Source of the DNA: Mobula hypostoma
Lineage: Eukaryota
Direction of reading: 5' to 3'
Assembly (NCBI RefSeq): GCF_963921235.1
Contig: NC_086097.1
Location: 221,714,001 to 221,778,000 of the forward strand
DNA length: 64,000 bases
Positions 59,691-64,000 of the stretch are shown here, one piece after another (the first letter of the stretch is position 1; every line of letters starts with the position of its first letter). Both the position numbers and the translations under genes were made by a program. The notes under the pieces were generated by a model that saw only the letters and a program-made list of their open reading frames with translations, made no database searches and was not told the origin of the DNA.

Positions 59691-60022
59691 TAGTGGTCCC
59701 CAACCTCCGGGCCGCAGACCGATACATTGCCACAAAGAATGCAGTGGTGCAGCGGTGGCCGGAACGCACCCAGCGCAACTTTAAGAAAAAAGCCAAAATA
59801 AACAAGCTAATTAATTAGGTGCTGCCTGGCACATAAATGTCGGCCCAGATCAGAGGCGGTGCAATCCACAATCACCTCTGATCTGGGCCGACGTTTACGT
59901 GCCGGGCAGCACCTAATTAATTAGCTTGTTTATTTCCACTTTTTTCTTAAAGATGTGCTGGGTGCGTTCTGGCTACCGCTGCACCGCTGCATTCTTCGCG
60001 GCCCGGAGGTTGGGGACCACTG
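59691..60022. mobile_element. hAT/Charlie-type fold-back MITE
   Basis: TIR (C/T)AGTGGTCCCCAACCTCCGGGCCGC; 8-bp TSD CTCTAAGT/CTCTAGGT; the whole element is an imperfect palindrome centred near 59866. Confidence 0.88.
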
Positions 60023-60643
60023 CTCTAGGTAGTGCTAGCTGCTATAAGTTTCCATTTGTGTATCTCGTGAAGATGACAGTGTTGTGATTGTTTCCAGAAA
60101 ACATGAGATTGAGCACAAGGACACAATCTTGGTGATCTCCAGCCAAACACGCACTGAGGGAATGGAAACTTTCACACTGATGAAAATATAAGCTCTGTCA
60201 GGAATTGTGGGAATAGAAAGAACATTTTGTAAGAATATCCTAGCAACTAAATGCTAGGTAATACACTTCCAGATAGGTTATGTCCATTCCATGGGCCTTT
60301 GAAGACATTTAAAGCAACCCAGACTGGTCTCCTGTTGTCAGCAAAATATTGCTAAATAAAGTGTGCAATTTCACCCTGCAACAATTGCTAACTCTATCTA
60401 CTCCTCATCTTCTTCAATACATATATAACTTGTCTGTAAAACAAATGGCCCCTCAATGATCCGCTATCTCGGCTAACATGCTAATCTTATTCATTATGAA
60501 AGAATTGTCCATTCTTATGGGAACAACTCTGTGGAAGGGGAGGAAGGTGTGTACACTAAGTCGACTTGGGCTATTCATATTCATATGCAGGACTGAATCT
60601 AAGAATTCTGCTGTCAAATAAATGAACCAAAGAATTATACAGC

Positions 60644-61188
60644 TGTAACACCCTGGGAAAGGTTTCAACGCTAATGTAATGGTTTTTCTGTAGCAGCAGT
60701 GGTTGGGTTATGGCTAGAGGTTACAGGGGCTTTTGAACGCGCGCTGTTCAATGAAGAGAGTGTTTCTTTCTTGTTGTGTGCCTGGAAACGAGGTGATCTG
60801 GGTTTTTTGTTCTACGAGAGGTGGAGGGAGAAGACACCAGTAAGGAGTGGGCCTGGAGCCGATGAAGCCTGGGGAAATCGATGGTGGACCAATGGAAGGG
60901 AAGCCGTGAGCTCCAACTTGTGCTCACTAGACAGTTTCATTAAAATGGGTACATTTCTTTTTGTTTTCCTTTACTAAACCTTTAGTCAATTTAAGAATTA
61001 TAAAGCTGAACTGCTTAATTACATATGGTGTACTGTCGGTTATTTCGCGGTACGGATTTGTAACAGGGGAGCAAATCACGCAGCATCCACATAAACAAGG
61101 AGGTTTTGCACCTCGAATTTCACATGTTTGGCGGTGCCAGAGATTGTCTTCCCTAGACTAACGCCACCGACCAAACCTAAGGGTTACA
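60644..61188. mobile_element. Solo LTR (545 bp)
   Basis: TGTAACACCC...GGGTTACA termini; flanks CAGC / CAGT. Confidence 0.78.
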
Positions 61189-61259
61189 CAGTGTTGTGCC
61201 ATTGACAGAGAAATCCAAGCAGTAAGTGAAATATTTTTGGAAGAACTATATCACAGTAC

Positions 61260-61800
61260 CAATAGTCACACACAGCACACTGCAGATATAACACATATAG
61301 TTACAATGGCAGAAAAACATACAGTCACAAAAAACACAATACTAGCACAAGTCACTAAGTGGCATAGCCTGCAGATAGATGGTGCATAGGATGTTGTCCT
61401 GAGCCACATTTCTCCAAGAACAAGTACGTAGCAGTTCCTCATCTCGTGCTGGTTCAGCTGCAGGTGATGGCAAATAAGCTTGTCTGAAGCTGTTTCAGCC
61501 ACAAGCCAAGGCAATCCAGCTTGTCTTTCAGGGAGTGAACACTGGAGAGCATCAGCTAATGGAGTGGCCAGCCCTCAACCCGGCATGGATTCCAGCGCAC
61601 CCGTCACATCTCTGTTCTCTCCCCACTGCCTCAGGCACCTCCTTCCCCTAGGTGGCTGTAACAGGTGACTCTGTAGCATAAGGACCTGGTCCATGCAAAA
61701 ACCAAGGCCACACAGTTTCCCCACCATCACTCCCTCCAAGTAACTAGATTTACATTTTATATTACCAATGTCCAAAAGGATCTTAATACTATAGGAACAA
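61260..61800 (-). mobile_element. Deleted Rex/L2-type element (EN start plus tail)
   Basis: HEMRNCYVLVLGEMWL resembles the EN N-terminal ...LTETWL motif. Confidence 0.5.
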
Positions 61801-62414
61801 GGAAACACAATAGAAACTTACAGCTTTGGAAAGAAGGGTTAGTGGAACATAGGGACAAGCCGGAAATTGAACTGAGCAGTGGTACTGTAGAAAAAATGTG
61901 GATGAAAAAATCATCTCATTTAGAAATGTAAGGAATTAAATTAGTTAACCCTGGAAAATGGAAGTAGGGGTTAATAAGCATCAATAATCCATGCCTAATC
62001 TTTTTAATGCAGGCACTATGTTAAATTATTACTATCTGGATGTAGCTTAAATACAATGAATTATATTGTGTATAAGCTTCAAAGTGTTTCTGATGTAATA
62101 TCATTGCTGCAATGTGCTGAAAAGTAATAATTATTAACATTAAGATTAAAATATGAAAGCACGTACAATATGTATTAATTCTATTAAAGCACCATAAGTG
62201 TGATAATTCATTAAGAAACACAAGATATACACATTTTGAGGGAGAGAGAGAGAGAGAGAGAGAGTCAATGAAAGACCACACCCACTGGGTCTTCAACCAG
62301 TGTGCAAAAGACAACAATGCAAATACAAGAGGAAAGAATAATAAGCATAAATAAGCAAATATTGAGACCATGAGATGAAGTGTCCTTCACTGTGAGTCCA
62401 TGGACATGATAAGT

Positions 62415-64000
62415 TTTGCAGATGCTGAAAATCCAAAGCAACATACACAAAATGCTGGAAGATCTCAGCAGGTAAGGCAGCATCCGTGGAAACAAACAGT
62501 TGATATTCTGGGCCGAGGCCCTTCTTCAGGACAGTAAAGGAAGGGGGAAGATGCCAGAATAGAAAGGTGGAGGGAGGGGAATAAGGATTGCTAAAAGGTG
62601 ACAGGTGAAGCCAGGTGCGTAGGAAAGATAAAGGCCTGGGGAGGAAGGAATCTGATAGGAGAGGAGAGTGGACTATAGAAGGAATAGGGGACCCAGGGGG
62701 AGGTGATTGGCAGGTGAGAAGAGATAGGAGGCCAGAGTGGGGAATGGAAGGGGGGGAGGAAGAGAAAAGAATTATTTTACTGGAAGGAAAAATTTAATTC
62801 ATGCCATCAGTGAAGTGGAATATAAAGTGTTGCTCCTCCATTGTGGCACAAGAAGAGGCCATGGACCAACGTGTCGGAACGGGAATGGGAATTAAAATTT
62901 TTGGCTACTGGAAAGTCACACTATTGGCAGATGGAGCAGAGATGCTCGACGAAGCAGTCCCCCAATTTTCGACAGGTCTCGGCAGTGTAGAAGAGGGCAC
63001 ATTGGGAGCACTGGACACAATAGACGTCCACAGCAGATTTGCAGGTGAAGTGTTGCTGCATCTGGAAGGACTGTCTGGGGTCCTGAATGGAGCTGAGGGA
63101 GGAAATGAATGGGCAGGTGTAGCACTTTGGTCACTTGCAGGGATATGTGCGGGGAGGGACGAATGGACAAGGGAACCGTAGAGGAAGTGATTCCTGCAGA
63201 AAGCAGAGAGGGGAGAAGGTAAAGATATGTTTGGTGGTAGGATCCCTTTGGAGCTAGCAGAACTTGCAGGGTCTGATGTGTTGGATGCAGAGGCTCATGG
63301 GGTGGTAGGTAAAGACAAGACGAACTCTATCGTTGGTGGCAGAATGATAGGATGAGTGCAGATGTTTGGGAAATGGAGGAGATGCGAGTGAGGACAGCTT
63401 CAATGGTGGAGGAAAGGAAATCCTGTTCTTTGAAGAAGGACACATCTCTGATGTTCTGGAAAGGAGAGCTGCATTATGGGAACAGACATGGTGGAGGCGA
63501 AGCAACTGAGAAAAGGGAATAACATTTTTACAGGAGACAGGGTGAGAAGAGGTATAGTGAAGATAACTGTGGGAACTGATAGGTGTATAAAAGATGTTGG
63601 TCAACAGAGATGGAGACAGAGAAATTAAGAAAGGGAAAGGAGGTGTCAGAAATGGACCACATGAATTCAAGGACAGGGTGGAAGTTAGGGGCAAAATTGA
63701 TGAAATTGATGAGCTCAGCATGGGTGCATGAAGCAACACCAATGAAGTTATCAATGTAGTGGAGGAAGAGTTGTGGAGAATTACTGGGGAAGGCTTGGAC
63801 ATGGACTGTTCTACATAGCCAACGAAAAGGCAGGCATAGCTGGGCACCATGCGGGTGCCCATGGCGACACCTCGAGTCTGGAGATCTGAAGGAAAAATCG
63901 ATGAGGGTGTGGAACAGATCTGCCAGATGGAAGAGGCATTCTGGCATCTTTCCCCTTCCAGTCTAGACTTGGCCTGAAATGTCTACTATTTATTCATTTC
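62415..64000 (-). mobile_element. Penelope-like element: pLTR (62415-62760), 3' ORF region and RT, followed by an inverted pLTR start at ~63945
   Basis: Degenerate hammerhead at ~62495-62535 (-); RT motifs as at 52124; the segment 63030-64000 is identical to 52124-53094. Confidence 0.88.

Noticed and set aside
1..64000. CRISPR arrays, rRNA, prokaryotic operons or endogenous viral genes
   Set aside because: No regularly spaced repeat-spacer array or such coding signatures; every long ORF is explained by eukaryotic transposons.

Overview
Repeat-dense vertebrate intronic/intergenic DNA, most likely from a cartilaginous fish (ray or shark; inferred only from the repeat repertoire: CR1 dominance, V-SINEs, Penelope pseudo-LTRs, Rex1/Babar). 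Much of the window is nested transposable elements. LINEs and related retroelements: one young CR1 with an intact 999-codon ORF2 (plus a near-identical 5'-truncated sister copy 42.4 kb away), many decayed CR1 and Rex1/Babar copies, HERO-, Nimb- and RTE-type remnants, and Penelope-like elements whose pseudo-LTRs carry minimal hammerhead ribozymes. LTR elements: a PNMA-type Gypsy remnant and two solo LTRs. DNA transposons: Tc1 (one closely Sleeping-Beauty-like), Tigger, Harbinger and hAT relics. No complete host gene is visible; the best candidate is one signal-peptide-like first coding exon on the minus strand (9338-9417) inside a ~3.4 kb repeat-free zone. A 200-N gap (51924-52123) is followed by sequence that recurs exactly 10,906 bp later. 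The most striking signal is the CR1 ORF1/ORF2 junction: an in-phase U_UUA_AAC slippery heptamer right before the ORF1 stop, a 16-nt overlap into the -1 frame, and no AUG in ORF2 until codon 202, i.e. the signature of programmed -1 ribosomal frameshifting in a LINE. All family names come from motif recognition by eye, not database searches, and boundaries of decayed elements are approximate.
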